A stretch of 64,000 bases of DNA from Nymphaea colorata (Eukaryota): NCBI RefSeq assembly GCF_008831285.2, contig NC_045138.2, forward strand, positions 1,116,001 to 1,180,000, in the 5' to 3' direction. A model generated the notes under the pieces. The model ran no database searches, had not been told where the DNA came from, and saw only the letters and a program-made list of their open reading frames with translations. Numbering within the stretch: position 1 is the first letter of the stretch; the number at the start of each line of letters is the position of its first letter. The position numbers and the translations under genes were made by a program. This document shows, piece after piece, positions 1 to 11,898 of the stretch.

Positions 1-775
1 TCATACCAGCAATCTCGCCAGAAGATTCCTGCAGTGTTCTCAAGGCGCTCCGCCACAGACCAACGTCGCCCTTGTCTCTCATGGCTTTTCCAACTGTTCT
101 GATGGCCAGTGGTAGGCCCCCACACTCTCTCAAGACCTCTCTTGCAGTTTCTTCTATGCTTGGCTGCAGCACCACACTTCCTGCCTCCTCAACAAATAAC
201 TTCCAGGCGTCGTCCTCGAACATAACTTCAACCTTTAGACTTATGTCCGCCTCCATGGTATCGCACACATGGAGAAATCTGCTTGCCATCACAACTTTGG
301 ATAAATTATCTCTAGAGGGATTTGGAATTCCCAACTCATGCAGTTCAAAACCAGCCCAAACATCGTCTAGGATTAATAGGTACTTCCTCTCCTTTAATCT
401 TTGGAACACTTGGTCTGCCCTTTCCTCTGTTCCATAGCATTCATATTCAGAGATACCCAAATCTCTAGCAATGCTGGACTGAATCCTTTGATAGTTGGGC
501 TCTTTGGAAACAGTGATGAACCACATGTAATCGAACCCACCAACTTGGTTGAAGACATGCTTCACGAGGGTGGTCTTGCCCACTCCTCCCATTCCATAGA
601 TGCCAATCATGGTAATAGTTCCATCTTGTAAATAGCTCAGGACCCTCTGTATCATCGCAGGTGCCCCTTCTTGGCCATCCAATGGTATGGCAGGAATCTC
701 TGTGGCTAAATAATCTTCTCGATTTGACGCCTCGCCATCATAAATCCTTCTGAGTTTGTCGTCGATCACGTCCAT
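1..775 (-). CDS. CC-NB-LRR (NLR) gene, NB-ARC part; runs off the left window edge; N-terminal CC region disrupted
   Basis: Manual translation of the minus frame from ATG 775 gives MDVIDDKL...MIGIYGMGGVGKTTLVKHV (P-loop), KYLLILDDVW (kinase-2) and ECGGLPLAI (GLPL). An in-frame TGA lies at 803-805, and upstream CC-like remnants (DLSGRKVKDE) carry stops/frameshifts. Confidence 0.9.
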   Translation of the reverse strand, partial: MDVIDDKLRRIYDGEASNREDYLATEIPAIPLDGQEGAPAMIQRVLSYLQDGTITMIGIYGMGGVGKTTLVKHVFNQVGGFDYMWFITVSKEPNYQRIQSSIARDLGISEYECYGTEERADQVFQRLKERKYLLILDDVWAGFELHELGIPNPSRDNLSKVVMASRFLHVCDTMEADISLKVEVMFEDDAWKLFVEEAGSVVLQPSIEETAREVLRECGGLPLAIRTVGKAMRDKGDVGLWRSALRTLQESSGEIAGM

Positions 776-2230
776 CAACGTAGTTTCTGCTGCTCGATTT
801 GTTCAGTTTATGTCAAGACGAAAAATGGGGAAGCCCTCCTTCTGAAGACTTTGTCATCGAAAGAAATATGGCCTATTCATCCTTCACCTTTCTTCCGGAC
901 AAATCGCATCAATCTTCAGAGGCAAGACCAACCTCTTCATGGTTCAAGGCATGGGCAGTCAACAGTGGCGTCGGAGGAAGATGAACAGAACAAAGAACAA
1001 AAGAACAAAAGGCAATTTCGCGGGACACTGCAGTCATCCCGCACCAGCTCTCTTATTTTTGCTTTCTTTTTTGCCCTTTTTGGTCTCGTAGTTTCATTCA
1101 GGCCTCCATGTTTAGATATAATACCAAAAACAGGTTTACATTGCACCTTTTTCTGTAAGCTTCATTGTGGGTTCAAGGCAAAAGCAGAAAAAAGAAAGGT
1201 TTTCTTTTTCGTAGAATAACCAAAATATTCAATGTTGAATGACAAAAGTACCCTTTTCAGCACAACCAATAAATTAGCCACCGAACATGCAAGCCACTCT
1301 CACAAAAACCATCTTGTAAATTTGCCTCATAGTTCTAATTGATATATCGGTGGAGCTGAAACAAAAGAAAGAAATATTTTTCATACAAGTGAAAACATTA
1401 CTATGCTTAAAAATACGAGCTAGAAAACATGGCTTCTCACATGCGACAACAGTCCAGAACAGATCCAATTTGTACTTAAATCCATAAAAAAGTTTCAAAA
1501 AAGTGCTTCTAAAAAACTAAAAAGGAGACTCTCTTGTAAGAGAAAAAAGAAAGGAAAGGAAAAAAAGTATCTTTTCTGTAAAATAGTTGAAATACCTGAG
1601 GATAATACTTTCCGTGTGTGGTGGCTAACACATGTTAAAGGGGTATTTTTATTTTCACCTTTTCATAGGAGGTCCTTTCTAAAAGCCATTTTCGCCCTTA
1701 TAAAGTGAGGTCTTCCAGTTTACCATCAAACATGTTTTTGTTATTTTTAGTCTTACTTATTAAAAAGAATTAAAATGTTTAAAAATACAAAGGAGGTTAT
1801 GTCTTATGACATGGGAAGGGCGCTGAATTTGATATACTTTTAACAATATCAACCTTTTTGGACTCGGCTTAACTCGACTCAGTGTGCAGTTCTAGCCAAG
1901 TAGGATGGAGATATCCCCTTTGTTTATAAACAGATCAATGATGTACAAAATAAAGAATGAAAGGATAAGAAAAGAACAAATCACAAACGCAAACAAACAT
2001 GACACAAGCAAAGTGACACTTTCAAGGGCTGTTTGGAAGTAATAACATGTTATTGTTCTATGTACATATTTTCCTCAAAAGTTCGGTAGATATATGAAAC
2101 AATAACATATTTTAATATTACCAAACAGACAGTCCCTCAGTGATATATATAATTTTTTCTATAATGATTTGACCCATGAAACATGAAACAGTACTAAACA
2201 TATTGTTACTATTGACAAACAACTCATTAG

Positions 2231-2232
<2 letters not shown>

Positions 2233-2280
<48 letters not shown>
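2233..2280. repeat. (TA)n microsatellite
   Basis: Direct reading. Confidence 0.95.
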
Positions 2281-2282
<2 letters not shown>

Positions 2283-2394
2283 CTCGGAGTGTATAGTGAG
2301 TTGATCTGGCATCCATGCATCGCACATGGAGAACCATGCATGCCAAAAGTTAAGTAGCAGTTGGTCAGTTTGGTATGACATGTTATTGCGGTTA

Positions 2395-2790
2395 TACAAC
2401 GAGTCGAACCAACTTAGGCTAGACTTGAACTTGCTCATTAAAACTCGGGTTCGAACTCGACTCTTTTATAAATGAGTGGAGTGCGAGTTTAAATGTATGT
2501 TCCAAATGTTAAATGAGTTGAATTCAAGTTGTAAGAACTCAACTCGGTTAAACTCAGCTTTGGCTTGACTAAATAAAACTAAGCAAGTTAACAAGTTAAA
2601 CAAGTGACCTTAACTTAACGTAAAGGAGTTAAACAAGTTAAGTGATTCTAGCTCGAACTCGAGCATACAAAAATGACTTAAGCGAATCAAATTGAACTCG
2701 AGTATTTGCTATAGAGCTCGACTCCAGTTCGAGCTCAAGTTATCTTTAGTCAAGCTGAAGCTGGATTTGGCTGGTGTTAAGCACTAGATA
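2395..2790. mobile_element. Degenerate copy of the TAGGGCTG-TIR hAT-type MITE family
   Basis: Same CTCGAG/CTCGAA/AACGAGTTAA-rich subterminal motifs as 3440-6259 and 43762-44194; ends eroded. Confidence 0.55.
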
Positions 2791-3439
2791 TTATGTGCAA
2801 GTTGGCGTCTGCCGCGCGTGTCTCCATTTTCTATCCAAGGAGACACTTCGGTCCTCAAATGCACATAGTCTCTACTATACCTGTAAGCGACCTACCACCA
2901 CATCTATTAAAAAAAAATTAAATTTCATAAAATTGCAGACTTTTTGCTCCTTAAATTCAAAGGTTTGGTTTGGTTTGTATGTCTCTTTCAAGAATTCTAA
3001 ATTGCAATTTAATAGCTTAGTGGATCCAAGATGAGTTATCCTCCTTTTTTTTTTTAAATAAAAGTATTGCCCTTCCATGATCTACTTTAATTTTAGTGGA
3101 TTTCTACCAAACAGCTCCTGCCTCTTTAGGAGGTTTTACAAACCTGGCCACCTCGTAGGTTTTCACGATGGGGCTCTTAACCTTTTGCAATTGCATCTAG
3201 CAGCCTACACCCAGAACAAACATTATGAGGGTGGCGAGAGTGTTCGGCTTCGAACATATAACCCTCACAAGCTATTAGGTGGGGCATTTTTGTCATTTCA
3301 AGAATATTTCTCCAGCCTTAGCAATCTTGTCAGTATAACAGGTTTTTTTGTTTTTCTTCAGAACATATTTTGTTCAGAGCACCCGAACATATAAGCCTGA
3401 GCATCGGGTTGGCCCGATAAAGAGCTAGTCTCGGGTTCA

Positions 3440-6259
3440 TAGGGCTGAACAACGAGCCGAGCAACTCGAGCTCGGCTGGTTAAAGCTCGACTCAAAATCG
3501 AGTTTGAGCCGACTGTTTTAATAAATGAGCCGAACTCGAGCTCATTTGTGGACTCATTTTTTTAGTCGAGCCAAGTTCGAGTTCGAGTTCATTGAACTCC
3601 AACCGTTAAAGCTCGGCTCGACTTGAAAATGTACCGATTCGCTTTTTAATTGAAAAACTCGGTTTCCCAAACGTTGTCTCAGGCGGCAAACTTTCTTTTC
3701 TTTCCTGTCTCAGGCGGGAAACATTCTTTTCGCTTTTTAGTTTCCTTTATTCTTCTCTCATTTCCAAAGTGTTTCCCCCAAAATGCAACCCTAAAGTCTC
3801 CTAAGTTCGTCCCAGCTGGCAGCTCAGCTTCAGGCTTCAGCCATCAGCCTTCACGGTTTCAGGAGGTTTTTATTGGCAAATGGATTTCTTTCCAAGTTTT
3901 TTGGAGGAAACTGTTCCATTCGTATAGCTTCTTCAGAGAGAATCTTGTGGGGAACAATTTAATAACATCACTCTTTTTTGTGCAATGTTTCTGGTATATA
4001 AATTCTTGTCACTAGGATTTTTTGTTTTTGGAACTAATGATCATATGGACAGGCATTTAATTTGTCATTGAACATGATATCGCCAGAAACTCATTCAGCA
4101 GTTGGTGAACTAATTGCAGCACTAAGGTTCCATCAGCTACTGACCATACACTTATGTCATTGACATAGCTACTGATAGCTACTGATCCCATTCCTGATGT
4201 GTATAATTCCATTTTCTTGAACTTATCGTATTGTTTTCAGTTTCCTCAGTGCCACGAATTTCACCATATTGATAGCATGGATGTTGTACGAATTTCACCA
4301 TATTGATAGCATGGCGTTGTTCATGAGCGAACAATCTTCCTGTTGGACAAAGCGAACTGACAAATGAATGGCTCTAACGTATATTGACAGTCATGGAAAA
4401 ATGCATGAGTTAGTAAAGGTACACCAGAGCAGGTAATTGGACAAAGCATGATGTTGAAAATAGTTTTTGACTTTTGATTAACTTTCTATATTCTTCAGGA
4501 TGTCCGTATTCGTCAACTCTTTATGTCTGGATCTCTTTCTCTCTAAAGTAACAAATATTTATACACACCACACAGACATGCACATAGTTCTTACGTTAGA
4601 CTCCAATTACCTTCAATGATTTTGCTGTACAACCTTCTACATATTTGTTACACCTGTTAGGATTGTCATCTGCACCAGCCATTTCTTTAATCCAATGTTC
4701 TGCATGAGCTTGATAAGTGGCAGACCTGTTGTAGGTGTTTGTCTTTTTGTTTCTTCCAAATGGTTTGCAAGCATAACCATTTTCCAGGTGGTCAGTAGGG
4801 AAGACGTCAGATTTCTGTACCACTCGATTTCCTGCAACACCGCAATTTGCTGAAACTCACATGCTTGTTGAGTTTAAGGTCGAAAATCATTACCAGTTAT
4901 AGCATGAGAACTGTTCATGTTAGCAATTTAATCATTTATGTATGTGAAGTTCACCTATAATCAGTACAAATCCTCCGACTATTTTATGTGATACTTTCTT
5001 AAACTAGTGTTAGTTACTTGCCCTATGGTTGTTCCATCATCATGCACACAAACTAGTTCATATATACTTAGTAAGGTGGTCAACAAAGTTGAATATTTTG
5101 TATATGCTAAAAGGCTTAGTGGATGCAGTAGACGCATACATGGCCACTAGAATTTTGATGTTTTATATTTTAGTGAAAATATGGTGCCATTCGATGCAGT
5201 AGATATACACATGCATGTATATCTTCATATTTTCTCAACCTTATTTGTTGTGAGAAATGTTGAAATATTTAGTACATGAAAAGGTTGTGTGATCTACATA
5301 CTATTCTTTGCTGAAGATTGTTGTGTACAATTGTTTAGGATATCAACTTGCAATTTTGAAAGAGAGAGGGAACTGCTTGGGAATGGGAACAGACATGTAC
5401 CCATCTTCTTCATTGCCTGTCCAAAACAAAGATGAGTCAATTGCTGCTTTGCCTATTTCTGTACATGCATTGCTGGGTTATACAGACTCATCTGAGACAA
5501 TTCTTATTCGAAGTTCTTCAAGAAGGTACCATGTCAGTTCATTAGCTATACATGCCTTCTTAAAGATGGTATTCTTATTCATGATATTCTAATTTTCTAA
5601 ATGACCATGATCTGTGTTCTTTGTTCCATTTTTTTTTTTTAAGACGGTGCAATATGAAGTCGATGCTATACCACCTGTGGCAGAAGCAGCAAGGCCTGAA
5701 AGTGAAAAAGATGTTCCAGTGGCGACAAGTTGAATCAACAATAGGAATTGGAGAGGTTTCTTTCTTCCGAGCAGATATTCTTAAGGAGGCCCCATTTCTT
5801 CATCATCGGGATTCATCTTCTGGGCTGTCTTTTCTTCTCCTGTTCTTAATTTCTTTCTGAGCTCAGTTCCTAGCTGCTGAGGTTTATCACTGATTATTTG
5901 TAATAGCAGCTACATTTTACAGCACTTCGCATTTCTGAAATTATGTGAGCACACCAAATTGTTATTACCTTGGCATATTGTTCCTAATTTTATGTTCATA
6001 AGAGTAAGGGTAATCTACACTTATTGCCATAAATTATGTTAAGCGAGTTAACGAGTTAAATTACGCCTAAACGAGCTAAATGAGTTAAATGAGTTAACGC
6101 TAAACAAGTAAATGCCTAAACTAAACGAGTTAAACGACTCGAGCTTGACTCAAGGGAACTCGACTCGAGTTTGAGTTCGAGCTCGAGTACGAGCTCTTTG
6201 AGTCGAGTCGAGCTCGAGCTGGGCAAGCTTGGGCTCGACTTGGCTCGTGTGCAGCCCTA
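3440..6259. mobile_element. Non-autonomous hAT-like DNA transposon (~2.8 kb), nested in another MITE
   Basis: TIRs TAGGGCTGAACA...TGTGCAGCCCTA and GAGCTCGA-rich subtermini. The 8-bp flanks CGGGTTCA / TGGGCCCA differ only by C/T transitions (decayed TSD). Confidence 0.75.
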
Positions 6260-8156
6260 TGGGCCCACCCGACCATTCAAACCCGTGCTTGAGTGCTGTT
6301 CGATTAAATTAAAATTTTTTAATATAAAATAATATATAAATGTAGTTAATCGTAATAAAATATTATATATATCAATTAATAAAATAAATATAAAATACAC
6401 TATCCCACTTGGGCTTATTGGGCCCAACCGGGCCAGCCCTATTCCGGTGCCCCTTTTTCTGGGCATGGGCCCAGCCAGCTGCCTAACCTTACCTGAACAC
6501 AACTCTTGTGCTATTGAGGCTCCCAACACATAAACCTCTAAGAACAAGATCTCAAGTCTGCCTTTTGTTGGATGAAGGAAACAAGAATTTTTGTTGGAAT
6601 ATTATGGAAACATAAATCTTCCACAAGTGGGACCGGACCTAGTGCAGGAAAACCTGCCGCCTGGCACTATGCCAAAGGCCCTACTTAACCCCACATTCCT
6701 CTAGAGTACAAAGCCTATTTTCAGTCTCAATGTGTCATCCTCCCATTGCGCTTCAATTGCGCATCAGTGACTCTCCTTTTGCAGTACAAAGAATTAATGT
6801 TCCAATATTCAAAATAAAAATTGACCGCCTACCAGACCCCACCCTATTCATATATTATCAACATCTTTGAAAGATTCAAAATGGAAACTGACCGCCTACC
6901 AGCCCCCACCTTATTCATATTATCAACCCCTTTGGGGACATGAAGCAAATATATGTTGAATACAACCCACCTCAAGGCCATACAGCTTGTCAATCCAAAC
7001 AGTCACTATCCTGTTTTAGGTTTTGGTTTGCTTTGTAAGAATTAGTTTAATTTCTTGATTAGATCAATGTTGCTGATTCTTTAATTTCACGTAAAATTCA
7101 TTAGGGTGTTTCAGGTTTTTCTTGGGGCGGTTGGTAGAAGAGGCACGGGTAGGTTTGTAACTAATCCTAATGTAACCCTAGTTTAAGTTAGTTAAGTGTA
7201 TTGTATGCATGTCGTTGTAAGCTTTTCTTTTACTTTTTTTGTTTAAAAATATTGGTTATTGAAGGTGCAAATGCTCCTATTTTTCCTTGCTGACTTGAAT
7301 TCATAAAGTTTATAGAGGATCCAGTTGACTATCTTAGCCTTTATAAGAATATTCAGACTCATCTTTGAGTATGGATCAGACAAAGTACTAGCTGGGTCCA
7401 CTTGATGCTCAATGTGTTCTTTTAAGGGTCGTTTGGTACCAAAAAAATTTTATAAGTGTTTCATGAATTTGTTTGAAAGATTAAAACAAGTTCATAAATA
7501 ACAATTCTAGTATTATACCAATCTGCCTCAAACTTTTAAGCATATTTATGGGACACTCACAAGATGAAGGTTTTTTTGATGTATGCAATCGTGAATGTTG
7601 GATTGTAATAGCTAGGTATCCTTGTATAAGTGGAGATTGAGTTGCGTGCACAACACAAGTATATATACACCAAGAGAGGGGTCATGGGAGCATTTTTGAA
7701 ATTTTTATAAAGGAAGTGGATATTTAAGACCTTTTTATTTTTAAATCTTCTTTTACATCTTAAAAAGTTTTTTATTATTTTAATGAGGGTATTTTAGTCA
7801 TTTTTACTTTTATGCACCAATTTTTTTCTGCACACCCCTTTTCAGGTAATCACTTCGGATTGAGTGAGCCATTTAGGGGAATTAAGGACATAGGTGCATC
7901 TTGAATATTCAAGCCCGACGCTATGCAACTGGAATGGCCTTATTTCTGGTTTATTAATGTCAACTATTGCCTTTTGATTTCAAGCACCCGAACCCACTAT
8001 TTGCTTTCAGTTTTGGTTTTGTTTCAGTTTTAGTTTTGTTTCATAATCACCTTATTTTATGTTTTCATATGCAAACAAGGAGAAATATTTGATACTCGAA
8101 CCTAGTAAATGTCAACATCAGTCAACCATGGTTATAAAGATGAGAAGCGGGTTAAG

Positions 8157-8512
8157 TATAAAAGAATTTCAAAGGAAAAGAGAGAGATCAACACACAACA
8201 GTAATGCAAGGGGAGTTACATGGTTCGATCATATTGATCTACATCCACGGAACGATGGTTTTCTTATTTTTGAATTTTTTCAACTCTACACATTACAAGT
8301 TTCCTGCTATGATTTTATACATCTATTGTAGACGTTAGAAGATCCAACGTCTCTTTTAACGTTTGAAATTTTATTTCTCTTCATAGTCTTCTCCAATAGA
8401 AAATTCCTTCTTGTCATCTGTTTCCTTGGTTGTTGCTATCCCAATTTTGTCAAGTGTATCGCCTTCTATTGTGGAGAGATCCATTGGGCTGTTTCCTTCA
8501 TTTTCGTTAACA
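8157..8512 (-). repeat. 3' LTR of copia element
   Basis: Direct repeat of 18930-19289, with about 25 substitutions and one 6-bp indel by eye. The PPT (GAGATTGACAAGGGG on minus) abuts it at 8513. Confidence 0.9.
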
Positions 8513-8529
8513 CCCCTTGTCAATCTCAT

Positions 8530-11500
8530 CCGGTCTTTGATAGGATTCAGATTGAACTTGATGACCTTTATCTTTGGCATTATTGCTCCATGCGGCTGCT
8601 TTAACAAAGGTTTTGTCAATAAGTCATCAATCTGATCATTGGTTGAAATATACTTAATGACCAATTCTTCTTTTGCAAGCTTGTCTCTAACAAAGAGAAG
8701 ATCGATTTCTACATGCTTGCATCTATAATAATATACTGGATGTAATGCTAGATATGTAGCTGCAATGTTATCACACCAAAGAATGGAATCTCGTGATGAT
8801 TTTACTCTAAGTTCTTGCAATAGAAATTGGATCCAAGTAATTTCAGTTGTTGCATTAGCAATGGCTCTGTATTCCACTTCAGTGCTTGAGCGAGACACCA
8901 CATTTTGCTTCTTTGAACCCCAAGAGACAAAGTCTCCAAGGAAGATTGCATTGCCGCTAGTGGATTTTCTGTCATCTGGGCATCCAGCCCAATCCGCATC
9001 ACTTTATGCTGAAAAGCCCATTTCCGTACATGGCTTTAGACATAATCCATAATCAAAAGTTTGCTTTAGGTACCTTAATATTTGCTTCACGGCAGCCCAA
9101 TGGATGCTTGTTGGATTATGCATATATTGACAAACTTTGTTCACTGCAAAAGATATGTCTAGTCTAATCATTGTAGCATACTGTAGAACTCCAACTATGC
9201 TTCTATATAGGCTTGGATCATAAAAGGAAAACCCTGAATGTGCTGTCAAAGTTGGTGATGTAGCCATGAGTGTAGAAATTGGTTTGGCTCCTACCATATT
9301 TGTTTTCTTGAGTAGCTCCAAAATGTATTTCTGTTGAGACAAAATCAAGCCTTGAGGTGTATCTTTTACTTCAATGCCCAAGAAGAAGTGTAGATCTCCA
9401 ATATCTTTGATTGCGAATTCTGATTTGAAAGCTGCAATCAGTTTTTGAATGTGCAAATTTGAACTTCCCGTCAATATGATGTCGTCGACGTAAATGAGGA
9501 TGTACATGACCACGTTTGGATCTTTGTAGATGACAAGCGATGTATCTGTTTTGGCTCCTTGAAAACCCATCTTGTGAAGAAAAGTACTTAGACGTGAAAA
9601 ATAAGCTCTTGGCGCTTGCTTCAAGCTATATAGTGCTTTATGTAGCTTACAAATATGATTAGGATAATTCTTATCCTCAAATCCGGGTGGTTGAGACATG
9701 TAAACTTCTTCTTCTAGAGTTTTATGGAGAAAAGCATTTTGGACATCCAATTGATTGATTTTCTACCTGTGACTCAAAGTACTAGTGAGTATCGTTCTAA
9801 TGGTTGTGGGTTTGACAACTGGGTTGAAGGTTTCAGTGCAGTCAATCCCTTCTTTTTGACTATATCCTTTGGCTATAAGTCTGGCTTTGTACATTTCTAG
9901 CAAACGATCAACCATTCCTTTGATTTTGAAAACCCATTTGCATCCTATAATATGTTTGGCACTAGAGGTATGTACAAGACTCCAAGTTTGATTTTTGAGA
10001 AGAGCAAGATGTTCATTTTTCATAGCTTCTTTCCAATGTCTACTCGCGAGAGCTTCTTAAAGAGTATTGAGTTTGAACTTAGTAGTCAAATTTGATATTG
10101 TAGATAGGACTAAAGAATATTTGGTTGCTATATGGGTTTCATAATTGTATATTTAGTATTGAGCTTCACTATACCAGCTTGAGATCGTGTTGTCATACTT
10201 TGGGTTCTAATAGGTTCAATGATGGCTCGACAATTTCAGGTTGGGCTTCGTCTTGATGTCTCTCATTTGAGCTAGATTGTATCAAATCGACTTAATCATC
10301 ATGGTTGGGGAGGCTTTGACTTTGTTCTAGGTTGGACGTATCATGGTGCTCCTCAATATCACTACTATGATCATTGGTGTCTCTCAAGTGATTATTGTTT
10401 GAAAATAACATGGGGACATATTAAGGTGGCTGTTGATCACTAGAAACATGCTGCTCATTAAGTTTTAATTCCTTGAAAGGAAAAAGCATTTCATTAAAAA
10501 CAACATGACGAGATGTAAACTTTTTTTATTTTTTAAATTCAGGCAGTAGTAACCCTTGTGTTGAGGGGCATATCCAAGAAATACGCATCTTTCATGTCTG
10601 AAATCAAGTTTGTGATTCACATAAGGTCTCAAATGAGGGTAACATTCACAACCGAAGACCTTAAGAAAATTATAATCTGAGATTTTTTGAAATAACTTTT
10701 CCAATGGTGAAAGATAATTGAGTACTTTGGTGGGCATGCGATTGATAACTTATACAACAGAATTGAAAACATAAGTCCAATAATTTTGGGAATATTTACT
10801 TCGGCTAGTAAAGACGTGCCAATTTTAATGATGTGCCTGTGCCGTCTTTCAGCATTCCCATTCTGTTCGGGTGTGTGTGGGTAGTCGGAGTTCGATGCCA
10901 TTCTGTTCGGGAGTGTGTGGGTAGCTTTTTCAGTGTTCGATGCCATTTTTGGATAAGAATAGTTGTAGGCTTTGATACTCACCACCCCCGTCAGAATACA
11001 AATATTTAATCTCGTTCCCTGTATGATTTTCAGCTAGTGCGTTAAAAGATTTAAAAGCAGCTCTAACATCATATTTCAATTTAAGCAAATAAAACCATAT
11101 ATATCTAGAATATGCATAAAAAAAAAAAAACATAGTAACGATAACCATTTGTTCCTATGACCGGGGCAGGTCCCCAAACATCAGAGTAGATAATCCCAAA
11201 GGGTTTTTGTGCCTTATAAGACAGGGTTTTTGTGCCTTATAAGACAACTTGAAAAGGGAGTTCCTGTTTTTTTGCCTTATGACATGTTTCACACAAAGTA
11301 GAGGGAAGCAAATTATCATAGCATAAATCAAAACCATTCAAGACATGCCTACCTATAGCAAAGGCAGAGTGGCCAAGCCTTTTATGCAAGTCTCCAATGA
11401 TGCTCTTTTGCTGCACATGGCCTCTTTATTTTTTGTTGCAAAATTAATTTTGTACAAACCATCTTGGCTGGTTCCTTGCTGCAGTACCTTCCTGACTTGG

Positions 11501-11719
11501 TCCTTAACATAACACGCGTTAAGATGAAACTCAATATAAACATCATTATCCTTACAAAATTTTTGAACGGATAACAAGTTCCTAGTTATATTTGGAACAT
11601 GCAATATATCATTTAAAATTAAATTTCTAGTAGGCATGGACGAACCAATGTGGAGTATAGACAAACCTATTCCATCGCCAACCTTTAGAGTGTCTCTCCC
11701 TCGGTAGTCTGAATGTATT
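8530..11719 (-). pseudogene. copia pol (protease C-part, integrase, reverse transcriptase, RNase H), many stops/frameshifts
   Basis: ORF fragments: VLHVPNITRNLLSV-like, SDGGGEY, PHTPEQNGNAERRH, GCKWVFKIK, MDVQNAFL, YVDDIILTG, SRSSTEVEYRAIA. Confidence 0.95.
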
Positions 11720-11735
11720 GAAGTAAAGAGCTTGC

Positions 11736-11807
11736 TTGGGGGTTAGGCTCCCTACCTTTATTCCAACAAAATTGGGGGTTAGGCTCCCTACCTTTATTCC
11801 AACAAAA
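11736..11807. repeat. Perfect 2 x 36-bp tandem duplication in the LINE 3' UTR (contains AATAAA on minus)
   Basis: TTGGGGGTTAGGCTCCCTACCTTTATTCCAACAAAA occurs twice. Confidence 0.95.
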
Positions 11808-11898
11808 TGGATATATACAAGGGAAGGCCAGAAAGGACCTCAACAATACGCACAAAGGATTGACCCAACCCTTCACAAAAAATGAGGACAACCATATC

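Noticed and set aside
8371..8530. copia pol ORF running through the PPT into the LTR
   Set aside because: Common in copia elements, and the element is heavily degenerate.
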